From the IMG/VR virus record IMGVR_UViG_3300025133_000081: a stretch of 64,000 bases of DNA. The stretch is one strand, 5' to 3'. Made by a program: the position numbers and the translations under genes. Shown here in pieces: positions 1-10,236 of this stretch; position 1 is the stretch's first letter, and every line of letters begins with the position of its first letter. This stretch comes from an uncultured virus (IMG/VR IMGVR_UViG_3300025133_000081). Lineage: Duplodnaviria > Heunggongvirae > Uroviricota > Caudoviricetes > Crassvirales. The notes beneath the pieces were generated by a model, which had not been told where the DNA came from, ran no database searches, and worked only from the letters and a program-made list of their open reading frames with translations.

Positions 1-3000
1 ATAAATAGGTCCATTAGGTGTATTATATTGAGATGTATCATGAGGGGTCCCTTCATACCATGTTACTGGATCAATTGGTCCATCAGGTGCAAATACTGGT
101 GGTTGCATATACCTAGCTTCTCCTGGAGTAATAGTATTGCCTGCCCAATCTTCACCATAAGGAGTAGCTGCCATCATAGGATCTGCATAAGGAGCAAAGT
201 CCTCAGGATCCCCATCAGCATACTTCTTAATGTTTTCTTTTCCACCAAGAGCAGCATACATCTGTCGACCTTGAGCTTGAGGTGAACCTAATCGTTCAAT
301 CTCTTTCATGGCTTCCTGCATATCTACTTTCTGCTTGGTCATATCTTTAAGATACTTCTTGTGTCTTGGGTTAGTAGGATCATTCTTGATCTTATTCTCT
401 AAATAAGAGATCTCTCCTGCAACAGTCAATTCACTACCAGGTAATGACTTTTGATCAGAAGCTATAGTAGGTTGTTCTCCTTGCTCAGGATTTCCAACTC
501 TGTACTCTTTGTCCTCGACTAATGCTGAATTAGGCATACCTGGTCTTAGGCTAATTCCATTAGATGGATCTGCGTGTTGATCTCCCCTGAACTGGTTTAA
601 GAAATCTAGATCCTGTAAATCGCTTGGTTTCATATTTTCTTTTCCTCCGTGTGCAGCGAACATACCTCTACTTGTATTAGAGTGACCACTTCCACCTTGA
701 TAGGTAGATCGTTGAAAGCCTCCTCCAATATTTGCTTGCCTGCCCTTGGCACGCTCAGCATACTGTACTCTGGCAGGTTCTGCTACAATTGCATCTCCTA
801 AGCCAGGTAATAATGTGTTTAAAATTCCAGCGCCTACATGTTGTTCTGTATTAATGACGCCACTTTCTTTGTCTGATGCTAGATCAAACCAACTCTTAGA
901 AGGACTTGAAAATCCTCCTGCAAAGGATGCAGCCTGTGCTCCTGCATAATTTCCTTTAGATCTCATATCATCACGACCTGAATCACTAAAGGATGCCAGT
1001 GAAGTACCTGCTTGATAGAACTGTCCTGCAATAGGTATAGCACTGACTACTGATCCTGCTGTCTGTTGAATAGGTGCAAAGGCAGCATGTTCTTCTGGCA
1101 TATACTCTGAGTAAGGATCATCTTCCCCAAAAGCACTGAAGCTATTTACAGCTCCTGCAGCTGCTGCTGCCCAACCTCCTATATCACCACCATCTATTCC
1201 ACTACCTGTTGGTGGTTTATTCTTATCATAAAGTGTATTACCCTGTGGCATTACAGAAGCATTATTATACCTTCCTGGATCCATTAAAGATGGATTGTTA
1301 GTAGGTGCGAACGATGGCATCTGATATGAGTATCCTGAACCAGCATCACCTGTTGGAGTCCCACTATTAGTACCATAGGAATAAGCTCCTTGTTCAAATC
1401 CTCCTGGTGCAAAATAACTTTCATATCCTCCCATATCATATTTTTTTTGTGGTATAGATAATGCTCCGTCTATTTCCCCCTTAGGAACTTCTTTAAAGCC
1501 TTGTAACCAATGTTCTTTGTAAAACTTTAATCTAGGATCATTGAAGTTAGCTGCTTCTGCTAAAGTACCATATGTACGTTTACCGCCTTTAACACTTTCT
1601 TCAAACATGTTTATCCCACTTGTTTCTGCCATGTAAGGTCCTTTGTATCCCATAAATAGGTCAGGATCATATCTTGTGGACATAGGCATACCTTTATTAA
1701 AATAAACCTTTCCAGCATTATGAGTATTATTCATCATATAACTTTCTGGACTTGGAGAAGCACGAAGTTCTCCAAAAGCCTTAGCATCTGCTGCCCCCTC
1801 ATCTCCTAGTAATCTGTAAAATTTTGATTCATTTGGTCGCCATGCCCAAGGATTATGTCTATAGGCTGTATTAATTTTATGCTTTATTCTTTCTTTAAGA
1901 GGCTGTTTCGCATAATGGGATGCTTCCATTTCTAAGAAACTGTCTGCTAATTTTTGAGGAGTCTTAGAATTATAAATAGCTTTTTGATAAGCAAACTCTT
2001 TCCCCAATGTTTTTCCAATGGTTCCTGCACCTTTTAATAAACTTGCTCCAGCTAATTCACTTCCAATAATATCTCTATAATATTCTTCAGTAGTAGCCTT
2101 TTGCTTACCATCTATACTAAGTTGATTAGGTGAGAAATGGGATGCATTAGGATTACCTACATAGTCTATACCTCTTCTAGCATCTGACTTAGGATAAGTA
2201 ATTTCTCCTCGTTCTGGTATCTCTCCTTTATAAGATAGTCTATCATCTGGAAGAAGATCTCCTGGAACTGCTTCAGGTAAAACATAGTTCTCTAAAAAAG
2301 AATCTGGCATTATACCATCCTCTGGTCCACCATCATCATATTTAGAAACTCCTGCATCCCCCCAATTAAATTGATCATCCTGTCTCAGTATTTCTGCTGC
2401 ACCTACTCTACGTTTAGCGAAGTTATGTCCACCATACTTAGATCTATAATCAGTTGTAGCATCATCTTGAAAGAATTTATCATTTTCTAAGATTCCCTTT
2501 TCATGATAAACCTCCATCATTCTTCGAGCACCTGCTTCTCCTAAATTAAAAGATGCTACAGTGAAATAGTCTTTAGCTTCTTCAGATAGTTTTACTTTTA
2601 ACTTACGTTGTTGCCTTAATACACTATCCTCTGCTGATTTAAAATAAGCAGCTTTTGCTTCAACCATATCTCCAACATTGCTAAAACTACCAGAAACACG
2701 TTTCTGTGGGTCACGGTTTCCCTGCTTATCTTTGTGATCATTCATAACTGTTCGGAATCCCATTCTATCTTTAAAGTCTTTTGAAAGATATCCTTTTTCT
2801 ATAAACTCATCCACTCTTTCTCCTATACTATCTAACCCCATCATGTTATATCCAGAGTAACCTGATTTATATTTAAAAGGTAGGGTCTCAGTACCATATC
2901 CTAAATAGTCTCCTTCAGCACCCTCATCCATCATACTGGCAAAGAGTAATGCAGGATCATTTATACTGTCTTTACGCTTCTCAATCTCTTTCCTCCAAGT

Positions 3001-4113
3001 AGTTCCCTTTGTATTTATTGGAATTTGATTAGAAGGATGATTCATAATTCTTCCTTGATAATCATCCTTACGAGCTCGTAAAAGTTCCCAACGTTCAAAC
3101 TCCTCGTCTTTAATATGCCCCTTCTCATTATATAAACTTTTTATAGTTCCGTTGATCGCATCTAATGTTTGTTTATCTCTACTCAACTCTTCATTTGTAA
3201 ATGAATCTGGAATTGATAAAGGGTCATAACGATCCATTGTCCCAGTCCTCGGAGCAATAGGTTTATCTAACCATCCTCCATAATATCTTCTTTTCTCTGC
3301 TGCAGAACCATATTGCTCTTCTATAGATGGGACTCCTTTCTCAGGACCTCCACCAGCATACTGTTCTTCTATACCAGCTCCTTCTCCCATGTTGAAGTAT
3401 CCTCCACTCTCTCCTTGAGACTCTAAAAAATCTCCTGCTGAGTATCTCCCAGTAGCTTTTGGAAAATTAATTACAGGATCTATCTTTGTAGGTTGCGGAG
3501 CATAATCCAAAGTACCTTTATGTATACTCCCATAAGTAGGAGACTTTCGGTGCATCAATGGTATACGCTCTTCGTTTCTAGCTGGTGCGACTGCGGGTGG
3601 TACAGAGCTCGGTCTAACTGGTCTAACTGGTTTTATCGGTGAAGGAAATTCATAATATCTTGAGCGATAACTATCTAATATATCATCTCCTCTTAATTTA
3701 TCTATACCAGATCTTGCGATAGAGGTTGCAAGTGATCTACTAGGATCTTCTGCTCTCCTAAGAAGTTCCCCCCTAGATATAGGCTGAGTTGGATATTTTA
3801 TACTGCCTCTTCTAGAAGATGCTGGATCATCTAAATAAGGACTATTATCATATAAAGCAGATAAATTTTCTGCTACTTTATTAGCCCCCTTCATATGCTT
3901 TGCATCAGCATTCCAAAGATCTGTAGCAAGTACACCATAATCAGTTCCTGCTATAATAACATTTGGTGAACTCACCCTATCTTGAAAATGCTGTTGTCCA
4001 AGAGTATTTAACTCATCAAAATGACGTTGAGCCAGAGTACTATCAGCAAAAGCTTTATTGTCTTTCTGATATTGTTCCAGTAATTCTTCGTAAGTCGGGT
4101 CTCCTTTTGGCAT
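1..4113 (-). CDS. Large virion cargo/ejection protein, partial (>1370 aa, continues off the window edge)
   Basis: ATG at 4113 (MPKGDPTYEELL). No in-frame stop in the portions I translated down to position 1; missing from the ORF track because no stop falls in the window. Contains repeated [YF]xxGG motifs, an SLT-like segment (LFASMMDEG...ASFNLGEAG) and an Ala/Gly-rich segment. Lies just downstream of the muzzle gene, where crAss-like phages encode cargo proteins. Confidence 0.8.
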   Translation of the reverse strand, partial: MPKGDPTYEELLEQYQKDNKAFADSTLAQRHFDELNTLGQQHFQDRVSSPNVIIAGTDYGVLATDLWNADAKHMKGANKVAENLSALYDNSPYLDDPASSRRGSIKYPTQPISRGELLRRAEDPSRSLATSIARSGIDKLRGDDILDSYRSRYYEFPSPIKPVRPVRPSSVPPAVAPARNEERIPLMHRKSPTYGSIHKGTLDYAPQPTKIDPVINFPKATGRYSAGDFLESQGESGGYFNMGEGAGIEEQYAGGGPEKGVPSIEEQYGSAAEKRRYYGGWLDKPIAPRTGTMDRYDPLSIPDSFTNEELSRDKQTLDAINGTIKSLYNEKGHIKDEEFERWELLRARKDDYQGRIMNHPSNQIPINTKGTTWRKEIEKRKDSINDPALLFASMMDEGAEGDYLGYGTETLPFKYKSGYSGYNMMGLDSIGERVDEFIEKGYLSKDFKDRMGFRTVMNDHKDKQGNRDPQKRVSGSFSNVGDMVEAKAAYFKSAEDSVLRQQRKLKVKLSEEAKDYFTVASFNLGEAGARRMMEVYHEKGILENDKFFQDDATTDYRSKYGGHNFAKRRVGAAEILRQDDQFNWGDAGVSKYDDGGPEDGIMPDSFLENYVLPEAVPGDLLPDDRLSYKGEIPERGEITYPKSDARRGIDYVGNPNASHFSPNQLSIDGKQKATTEEYYRDIIGSELAGASLLKGAGTIGKTLGKEFAYQKAIYNSKTPQKLADSFLEMEASHYAKQPLKERIKHKINTAYRHNPWAWRPNESKFYRLLGDEGAADAKAFGELRASPSPESYMMNNTHNAGKVYFNKGMPMSTRYDPDLFMGYKGPYMAETSGINMFEESVKGGKRTYGTLAEAANFNDPRLKFYKEHWLQGFKEVPKGEIDGALSIPQKKYDMGGYESYFAPGGFEQGAYSYGTNSGTPTGDAGSGYSYQMPSFAPTNNPSLMDPGRYNNASVMPQGNTLYDKNKPPTGSGIDGGDIGGWAAAAAGAVNSFSAFGEDDPYSEYMPEEHAAFAPIQQTAGSVVSAIPIAGQFYQAGTSLASFSDSGRDDMRSKGNYAGAQAASFAGGFSSPSKSWFDLASDKESGVINTEQHVGAGILNTLLPGLGDAIVAEPARVQYAERAKGRQANIGGGFQRSTYQGGSGHSNTSRGMFAAHGGKENMKPSDLQDLDFLNQFRGDQHADPSNGISLRPGMPNSALVEDKEYRVGNPEQGEQPTIASDQKSLPGSELTVAGEISYLENKIKNDPTNPRHKKYLKDMTKQKVDMQEAMKEIERLGSPQAQGRQMYAALGGKENIKKYADGDPEDFAPYADPMMAATPYGEDWAGNTITPGEARYMQPPVFAPDGPIDPVTWYEGTPHDTSQYNTPNGPIY

Positions 4114-4118
4114 AACTG

Positions 4119-4150
4119 CTAATATACGAAATTAAATTGACAATTCCAAA
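4119..4150 (-). promoter_or_regulatory. Bacteroidota sigmaA-like promoter TTTG-N20-TATATTAG
   Basis: Minus strand reads TTTG GAATTGTCAATTTAATTTCG TATATTAG CAGTT ATG; one mismatch to the -33 TTTG / -7 TAnnTTTG consensus. Confidence 0.7.
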
Positions 4151-7100
4151 TTAAATTGGAAGAACTTGATAAAGCATTGTCACATCATTCAATACTATCT
4201 TTCTATCATCTAAGTTATCAAACTCAAATTTAGTGATCGCAAAGTGATCTCTCATTCTTTCCTTGGTGTTCTCATTCCTCGGAATGGTTGCTCTCCATGT
4301 TCTGAACCGTCTTTTAAATCTATCGAATTCTCCAGTGTCCTGGTAGTTATTGGTAATGACGATTCCGTCCACGGTAGAATCGAAAAGATTGGCTCCTGAT
4401 GAATCATACACTTCGGTATTCCATTCAAGATTCGTATATACCTTTGACATATTAGGGTGCTTGTTGGACACGAATGTGATGTGCGAAGGTTGCGCATCCT
4501 GGTCATAAAAAACTCCTCTTGCTCCTGCATTATGTCTATATATACTATTTTGAAAGCTTGCCCCTTGAAGTATCGGACCTGGCGCAAACACATTGACGTT
4601 ATCATTAATGTACATAGTAGGTGTAAACCCATAGCGTGAAGTAAATAGTTCCCTCTTTTCATCGTAAACAATTGTAAAGGGTTCGCCTACTTCATCCTTA
4701 TTCTGATCTGTGGTAGCATGAAAGGTTAAAAGAACTTCATCAAATCTATTGTCAAATGTACCTGTTACTCCTCTGTGAAACTTCTCAGTAGGTGTAGATA
4801 CAAGATGAGCTGGATTATCATATAGAAGAAGGTTCTCCCTGGTATTATTATATAGATACTGTGATACGCCTTTGAAAACAGATAACGGAACTATGCCTTG
4901 TGCTGAATATTTATAGATAGTACTATCAGTGGCATCAAAGAAGTATAGAGAAGATGGAGATTTAACCAGTCCGAATTGATGTTGAGTTCCAGCTTCCACT
5001 GTAACATAATCAAATCTGGACAGTACTCCTGAACTTCCTAGTATCAGAGATTGTCCTGTTGTCGTTGTAGTTGTCTGTCTTTCATTAACAGAAGCTATTC
5101 CAACAGCGGTATCTTGTAGAGCTATTAATTTATCCTGAGAATTCACTATTGCATTTATAGGTCCTTGATTTCCATCAACATCTATATATCGTTCAGTAGC
5201 AAAGTTTCTCCAGGAGTCTACTAATTCTCCTTTTGTTTTAGGTAAAGTAGCATAGATACGTTCAGAGAATTCCAGATTAGCATCTCCTGATACTGCTTCT
5301 GGGAATGATGGTGTAAGGGAATTCTGTTCTGAGTAAGCCCAGTTGTACTCCCAATGTTCTCCTTCTGCCTCTAATCTTGTAGGTACATAGCCATCCCAAT
5401 CAGCTGTAGCTAATGTATTATCCCCTGCAGTCAATTGCTCTGGTGAAGCATTATAATATTCTCCTGATCTAAGATCTATATTAACACTTGATTCCACAGG
5501 AAAGTAATGAGTGATCCCAAAGGTCTGTCCCTTCTCTGGAGTTCCTCCTGTATGTGGTACAGTAAGATTCCTTCTCTGTGCCATGATATCCATAGCAGTG
5601 ATGAAAGTATCTCCACCGAATACATCTACGGTATAAGTGTTAGTAAGGATACCTGGAGTATATTCTACTGCAACATTAGTGCCTGTATCTATATAGGTAT
5701 TCAGAGATCTTTCAGCATAGGTGTAACCACCATACTGCTTATCAACCTGACGTAGATAGTGTACATATAGTTTGTTAGGCATGTTAGCCCCCCAGTAACT
5801 CCAAGCTGGTTTGTATTGACTGAGTATAGATGTAGGTATTATATTATCTGTTTTAAGCATCACGCATCTAGCTCCTAAGGTGTGCTGATAAGTTCCAGCA
5901 TTACCTGAACCAGGTACAGTTGATGTAGTAGTAATAGATCTGTTATTGCAATTAATACCATCTACCATAACACTTGCCCCACTCTCACACTGTTGAGCAT
6001 CCTCTACTTGAAAATATGAAGGATTGACAAAGGTATTGGTGTTGTGATGGAACAGTTTGAACTGTGTGATGTTATAAATGTCTCCTTGTCCAAAGGTTCC
6101 ATTGAGAGTAGTCACATCATATTGAGTGGCTACATGAAGTCTGTCTCCTGCTCTGTGAGTAAGATTCTTTCCAAAGTTAAACTCAGGACAGTAGAATGCT
6201 ACACGATCTGTAGAAGTAAGACTGTTATCCTGATCTGTAGCAGTACCTTCTATACTTCCAGGAATAGATTGACTATAATTAAGATAGTGTCCAGGATAAT
6301 CATTTACATAAGATGGACCTACCATCTGAGTGATTATACCAGAACCTATGACAGATCTGTCCTCATCCTCTCGTTTAACTCTCTTTATCTTGAAACCATC
6401 TATATCAGTACCAAGGGATTGTAGATTGAATGTAAACTCAATTCCAATAGAAGTAGCATAATAATGTCCACTACCATCTTTGTGTACCATTTTAAGTTGC
6501 TGCTGATCACTGCCAGCTATACCCCCCGTAGGAGTATATTTATTGACCTCATTCTCAAATGGAATTCTAATATCAGCTATCCATTTAGCAGTACCTTCTA
6601 CACCATCTTTTACAGGAACCCAAGAGAACCTGTATGTCTCTCCTCGTCTATACCCTGTATAAGCTGCAGAGTAATATGGAGAACCATGATGTGCAAAATG
6701 ATCACCATCATACTTACTCTGTCCACCCACTGTTGTGTTAGCAGCTGAAAGACTGTTAAGTAATCTTGAGTGGATCATCTGTTCAGGAACACCTGTCCTT
6801 ACATCTAGATCAATTCTTCTATTAATGAAAGTATAGCTTCCATTCTGTCCAGTACCACCAGCTCCTATTCCATTGGATCTGAATCTATAGATCTCGGGAT
6901 CAGAGTTGTAAGCATCTATAGTTTGATCTGTAGGATAAACTCCACCATTGATATCAACATAAGAATTACCATTCTGGTCGTGTCCATACATACGTGGATC
7001 AAAATCTACATCAAATAGAGTATCACTTACATTGGCTGCAAAGAGTATATTATCCTTTTGAGCCAAGGTCTTACAGAATTTAAAAGGTGGCTTTAGATCT

Positions 7101-8320
7101 AAGAACTCCTCATAAGAGAAGGTCGCTGAATCTTCATTACCTGTAATAGTATAATTAAGTGAAGCAGATGAAATAGGGATCTCTCCTACCAATAGTACTT
7201 CAGGAATAGCTCCATCAGCATTTCTAAATAGTGAGAATACTTCTATGAAGTCATATTCAGTATCAATGTTATCGATCAGGAATGTAAGAGACTTATTGGT
7301 CTGCGTTCCCAATGGGGAACCTAAGTGATCATATATGTTTCCAAAGCTCTCAGCATCCTCTACTACAGGTACAACATCAGATACAGGAGACATCAGGGTA
7401 TAACCACCAGCAGATGATCTCAGTCTGTATGCTGCCTGATAAGCACCAGCTAAAAGATTTCCTCCGATCTTGATCTCTTTAAAGATAGGTACTTGTAAAG
7501 ATATATCATTCTGGATACCTAATACTGTTGGAGTTACTGCCAAGGTATTGGGATCATATACATTAATGAATCTCAACTGGTTGAAGTTATCAGTCCAGGT
7601 TATTCTAAGATATTCTGGATTCTCATAGGCCGCTTCTATACCAGAAGGATTAGCAATAGGATATTGTGTTGAAAAGTTGAGCTCATCAGAATAGATAAGA
7701 TCAAAGGACGAGTTAGTGTAGGTAGCTCTGTCGTAATATAATTTCCATATAGTACCATTACCACCAGTGACCGTATCATCGTCTGTAGTGAACAGATAGA
7801 TCTCTTCCCTCACATTCACCCATCCAATGATAGTTTGGTCCTCAGAAGCGATCTCTGCTTGTATAGAGATGTCCAAGTGAGTGATAGGAAGTATATTCGT
7901 AAGAGAGTGTGTAGGTGAATAGATACGTAGTTTCTCTCCATACCTGGTAACTACCAGATCATATGCAGCAAAGGCAGCATCTGTAGAGAAGGCTGTCTCT
8001 ATCATATCAAAAAACTCATTACTGTTCCCTGAGATAGTAGTACCTACTACTGTGATACCATCTACTACTATAGTTGGTGTGGCTGTCCATAAGAGGTTAG
8101 CTGCACCATCAGGAGTAATTGTAATGATGTTAGGGACTGTAGGAAGATCTATAAGCTTCTCAGTCCCCTCTATGTTCACAACAGCATGTCCAGTACCGTT
8201 CTCATCTGGACTTAGTCTTACATTGAGTGCATCTATATAAGTATGTTCAGGCTGCTTTAATGGAGCAGCATCACTGTTCATACCTTTTATAAAACTATGA
8301 ACTTGACCTTGATTCGCCAT
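4151..8320 (-). CDS. Tail stabilization / muzzle (nozzle) protein, crAss-type
   Basis: 1389 aa; N-terminal F.KGMNSD...Y.DALNVR, internal GYRRGETYRF, C-terminal KRRFRTWR..IPR...RMRD; follows the ring-protein gene as in crAss-like phages. Confidence 0.8.
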   Translation of the reverse strand: MANQGQVHSFIKGMNSDAAPLKQPEHTYIDALNVRLSPDENGTGHAVVNIEGTEKLIDLPTVPNIITITPDGAANLLWTATPTIVVDGITVVGTTISGNSNEFFDMIETAFSTDAAFAAYDLVVTRYGEKLRIYSPTHSLTNILPITHLDISIQAEIASEDQTIIGWVNVREEIYLFTTDDDTVTGGNGTIWKLYYDRATYTNSSFDLIYSDELNFSTQYPIANPSGIEAAYENPEYLRITWTDNFNQLRFINVYDPNTLAVTPTVLGIQNDISLQVPIFKEIKIGGNLLAGAYQAAYRLRSSAGGYTLMSPVSDVVPVVEDAESFGNIYDHLGSPLGTQTNKSLTFLIDNIDTEYDFIEVFSLFRNADGAIPEVLLVGEIPISSASLNYTITGNEDSATFSYEEFLDLKPPFKFCKTLAQKDNILFAANVSDTLFDVDFDPRMYGHDQNGNSYVDINGGVYPTDQTIDAYNSDPEIYRFRSNGIGAGGTGQNGSYTFINRRIDLDVRTGVPEQMIHSRLLNSLSAANTTVGGQSKYDGDHFAHHGSPYYSAAYTGYRRGETYRFSWVPVKDGVEGTAKWIADIRIPFENEVNKYTPTGGIAGSDQQQLKMVHKDGSGHYYATSIGIEFTFNLQSLGTDIDGFKIKRVKREDEDRSVIGSGIITQMVGPSYVNDYPGHYLNYSQSIPGSIEGTATDQDNSLTSTDRVAFYCPEFNFGKNLTHRAGDRLHVATQYDVTTLNGTFGQGDIYNITQFKLFHHNTNTFVNPSYFQVEDAQQCESGASVMVDGINCNNRSITTTSTVPGSGNAGTYQHTLGARCVMLKTDNIIPTSILSQYKPAWSYWGANMPNKLYVHYLRQVDKQYGGYTYAERSLNTYIDTGTNVAVEYTPGILTNTYTVDVFGGDTFITAMDIMAQRRNLTVPHTGGTPEKGQTFGITHYFPVESSVNIDLRSGEYYNASPEQLTAGDNTLATADWDGYVPTRLEAEGEHWEYNWAYSEQNSLTPSFPEAVSGDANLEFSERIYATLPKTKGELVDSWRNFATERYIDVDGNQGPINAIVNSQDKLIALQDTAVGIASVNERQTTTTTTGQSLILGSSGVLSRFDYVTVEAGTQHQFGLVKSPSSLYFFDATDSTIYKYSAQGIVPLSVFKGVSQYLYNNTRENLLLYDNPAHLVSTPTEKFHRGVTGTFDNRFDEVLLTFHATTDQNKDEVGEPFTIVYDEKRELFTSRYGFTPTMYINDNVNVFAPGPILQGASFQNSIYRHNAGARGVFYDQDAQPSHITFVSNKHPNMSKVYTNLEWNTEVYDSSGANLFDSTVDGIVITNNYQDTGEFDRFKRRFRTWRATIPRNENTKERMRDHFAITKFEFDNLDDRKIVLNDVTMLYQVLPI

Positions 8321-9057
8321 TATCGTCTACGATTACCAGTGTGATTTTTAAATCTTTCTCGTTGTCCTAAACTACTCATACCAGTAGAATGGGCATAGTG
8401 ATCGGGGAGTAATCTCACCCAAAGGTTCTTTAAAGATTCCATCTTATCTCTGTTAGGCATAAGACCTTTGTTTCTGGCTGAGGCCATATAGAAGGTTCTC
8501 TCCTGTTGAAGAAGGGTGAATCTCTGGTTGTCCAACTTACCTTGAATAAACAGCTTGTATCCCATTCTCTCAAGTACATAGGCTTTCATGGCCTGTCTAT
8601 ACCTTTGATCATCTGGAACAAGTGGGTAACCATTCTTATCTGTAGGATAGGCCAAGTAAGATATTACCAGGTCTCCTTCAGTATAGTTGGTTGTAATGAA
8701 GTTGTTGTTGAACTTATATTGTGGATCGGTTACACATGTAAGATCTACACATGCTCTGTTCTGTACATGGAAAGCATCTGTTGAGTATCTCAACGGTCTT
8801 CCAGAAGAACAGTCTTTGACCTGCACCACATCAGATAGATCACAAGGTAGTTCTGCTTTGCCATCTATCAATGTAAGCTTATCATGGTCATGTCCATCAG
8901 TAATTCTATTTACATATTGGATCGGAACATTGATAAGCTCCATAGCCTCTCCTATCCATTCAACCACATCTAGTGGATCGATGTCTATCGGAAAGGGGTT
9001 GTCTCTGTTAATGGACTCTATGACAGTGTCCAGTTCTACATATCTTGTGTTAATCAT
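8320..9057 (-). CDS. Tail ring / tubular protein (head-tail adaptor)
   Basis: 245 aa; EWIGEA...LPCDL...ISYLAYPTD..GYPLVPD pattern of crAss tail tubular proteins; immediately upstream of the muzzle gene. Confidence 0.7.
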   Translation of the reverse strand: MINTRYVELDTVIESINRDNPFPIDIDPLDVVEWIGEAMELINVPIQYVNRITDGHDHDKLTLIDGKAELPCDLSDVVQVKDCSSGRPLRYSTDAFHVQNRACVDLTCVTDPQYKFNNNFITTNYTEGDLVISYLAYPTDKNGYPLVPDDQRYRQAMKAYVLERMGYKLFIQGKLDNQRFTLLQQERTFYMASARNKGLMPNRDKMESLKNLWVRLLPDHYAHSTGMSSLGQRERFKNHTGNRRR

Positions 9058-9581
9058 ACCTCGTAAAAATCAATAGTGTCCAGTGGATCTTTTAACTTAA
9101 ATGCTAGATTCCTCTTCCACCGTCTCAGTGGATAGAATTTATAGAACCTCACATTCTTTATGGCAGATACTCCTCTGTACCATTTCCATTTATATACATA
9201 GCCTCCAGTGTGCTTGTTCTCATGAAACACTCTGACCTTCCTCTCTTTGGCATCTAGATCATTTGCCCAAAGTTCTTTAGTAGCTTTCCAGTCTACTGCG
9301 AGATACTTTGTTTCCAGCTTGCCGTCTTCTGATATATTGTACTTTATCTTTTGTTTCAGTATTGATATATCTCCCATTCTGTGTGGAAGTTTTATAGTGG
9401 TATTCTCTTTTATCATCTTCTCCATGATAGCATTGTTCAACATATCAGATACCTTCTTATATGTTGCTTTGTCTACATCTTCTCTTGTCCCTATCTGCTC
9501 CTCTCTTAGAGTTTCCTTATAGTGATCAAACAGATTTTGACTGGTTAGGCGCTCCCGCTCCTGTCTTCTCATTGATTGCAT
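9054..9581 (-). CDS. IHF/HU-like DNA-binding protein of the crAss tail module
   Basis: IKLPHRMGDISI and VDWKATKELW...N.HT.GY.Y..KW motifs; conserved position between ring genes. Confidence 0.65.
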   Translation of the reverse strand: MQSMRRQERERLTSQNLFDHYKETLREEQIGTREDVDKATYKKVSDMLNNAIMEKMIKENTTIKLPHRMGDISILKQKIKYNISEDGKLETKYLAVDWKATKELWANDLDAKERKVRVFHENKHTGGYVYKWKWYRGVSAIKNVRFYKFYPLRRWKRNLAFKLKDPLDTIDFYEV

Positions 9582-10236
9582 CGTTTTCTAGATCTACAGG
9601 CATTTGTAGTATCCTCATCATATCCTTAGTAACCAGATCTTCTTTTACATAATCCCAGGTTCTTTGATCTATAGGATATTTATCATCATCAGAAAAACAT
9701 GGATCTCCAGTACAGTTAATAAAGTCTGCTGCTGAACTAGGATCCTCAAAGACCCCTCTAATAGAAACAGTATCCATCAGTCCGAGATCTGATTTGGATG
9801 CTATATAGATCCTACCATCTCTATAGTATGCAGCAATTCCCCTCTTATTATATCTACCATTACCGAAATAGATGGCATCGGAATAAGACATAAATGAAAA
9901 AGCGGGCTGCCCAATAGAGGGCGGCCCTACTCTTTCAATAGCTACTCTATGATGCAGATTAATCGGAGTGGGGATCTCCTGCGCTGTTCTCAGGACAGAA
10001 CATCCTGAAGTGAAGTCACAGCATTCTGCATCATCTACCTCTTCTAGTGAAACACAATTAAGTTCTTGCACCAATATAGGTGAGATAGCTCTATTCTTGT
10101 TCAGCTCATTATTTATAAAATGGGCTCGCTTAGTGTTGATAAGAGCTTTGATCAGACGAGTGTCAACTATGTCATCGTCTGCCCTATTAGGTGCAACGAT
10201 CTCAAGTACTTGATATACGGCTTCGTTAAGTGTCAT
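9526..10236 (-). CDS. Tail ring protein (structural)
   Basis: 236 aa; MTLNE.VY...Q.L.C..LE.VD...CC...IRGVFEDP...D.KYPI pattern; synteny. Confidence 0.65.
   Translation of the reverse strand: MTLNEAVYQVLEIVAPNRADDDIVDTRLIKALINTKRAHFINNELNKNRAISPILVQELNCVSLEEVDDAECCDFTSGCSVLRTAQEIPTPINLHHRVAIERVGPPSIGQPAFSFMSYSDAIYFGNGRYNKRGIAAYYRDGRIYIASKSDLGLMDTVSIRGVFEDPSSAADFINCTGDPCFSDDDKYPIDQRTWDYVKEDLVTKDMMRILQMPVDLENDAINEKTGAGAPNQSKSV

Noticed and set aside
1441..1448. T8 run as a frameshift or phase-variation site
   Set aside because: The frame is preserved (PQKKYDMGG); homopolymer runs are common in this AT-rich genome.
1..4113. Apparent 4-kb gene desert in the ORF track, suggesting stop-codon recoding as in some crAss-like phages
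   Set aside because: It is a single minus-strand frame whose stop lies outside the window. Long genes elsewhere are intact under the standard code, and TAG and TGA both end genes at tight junctions.
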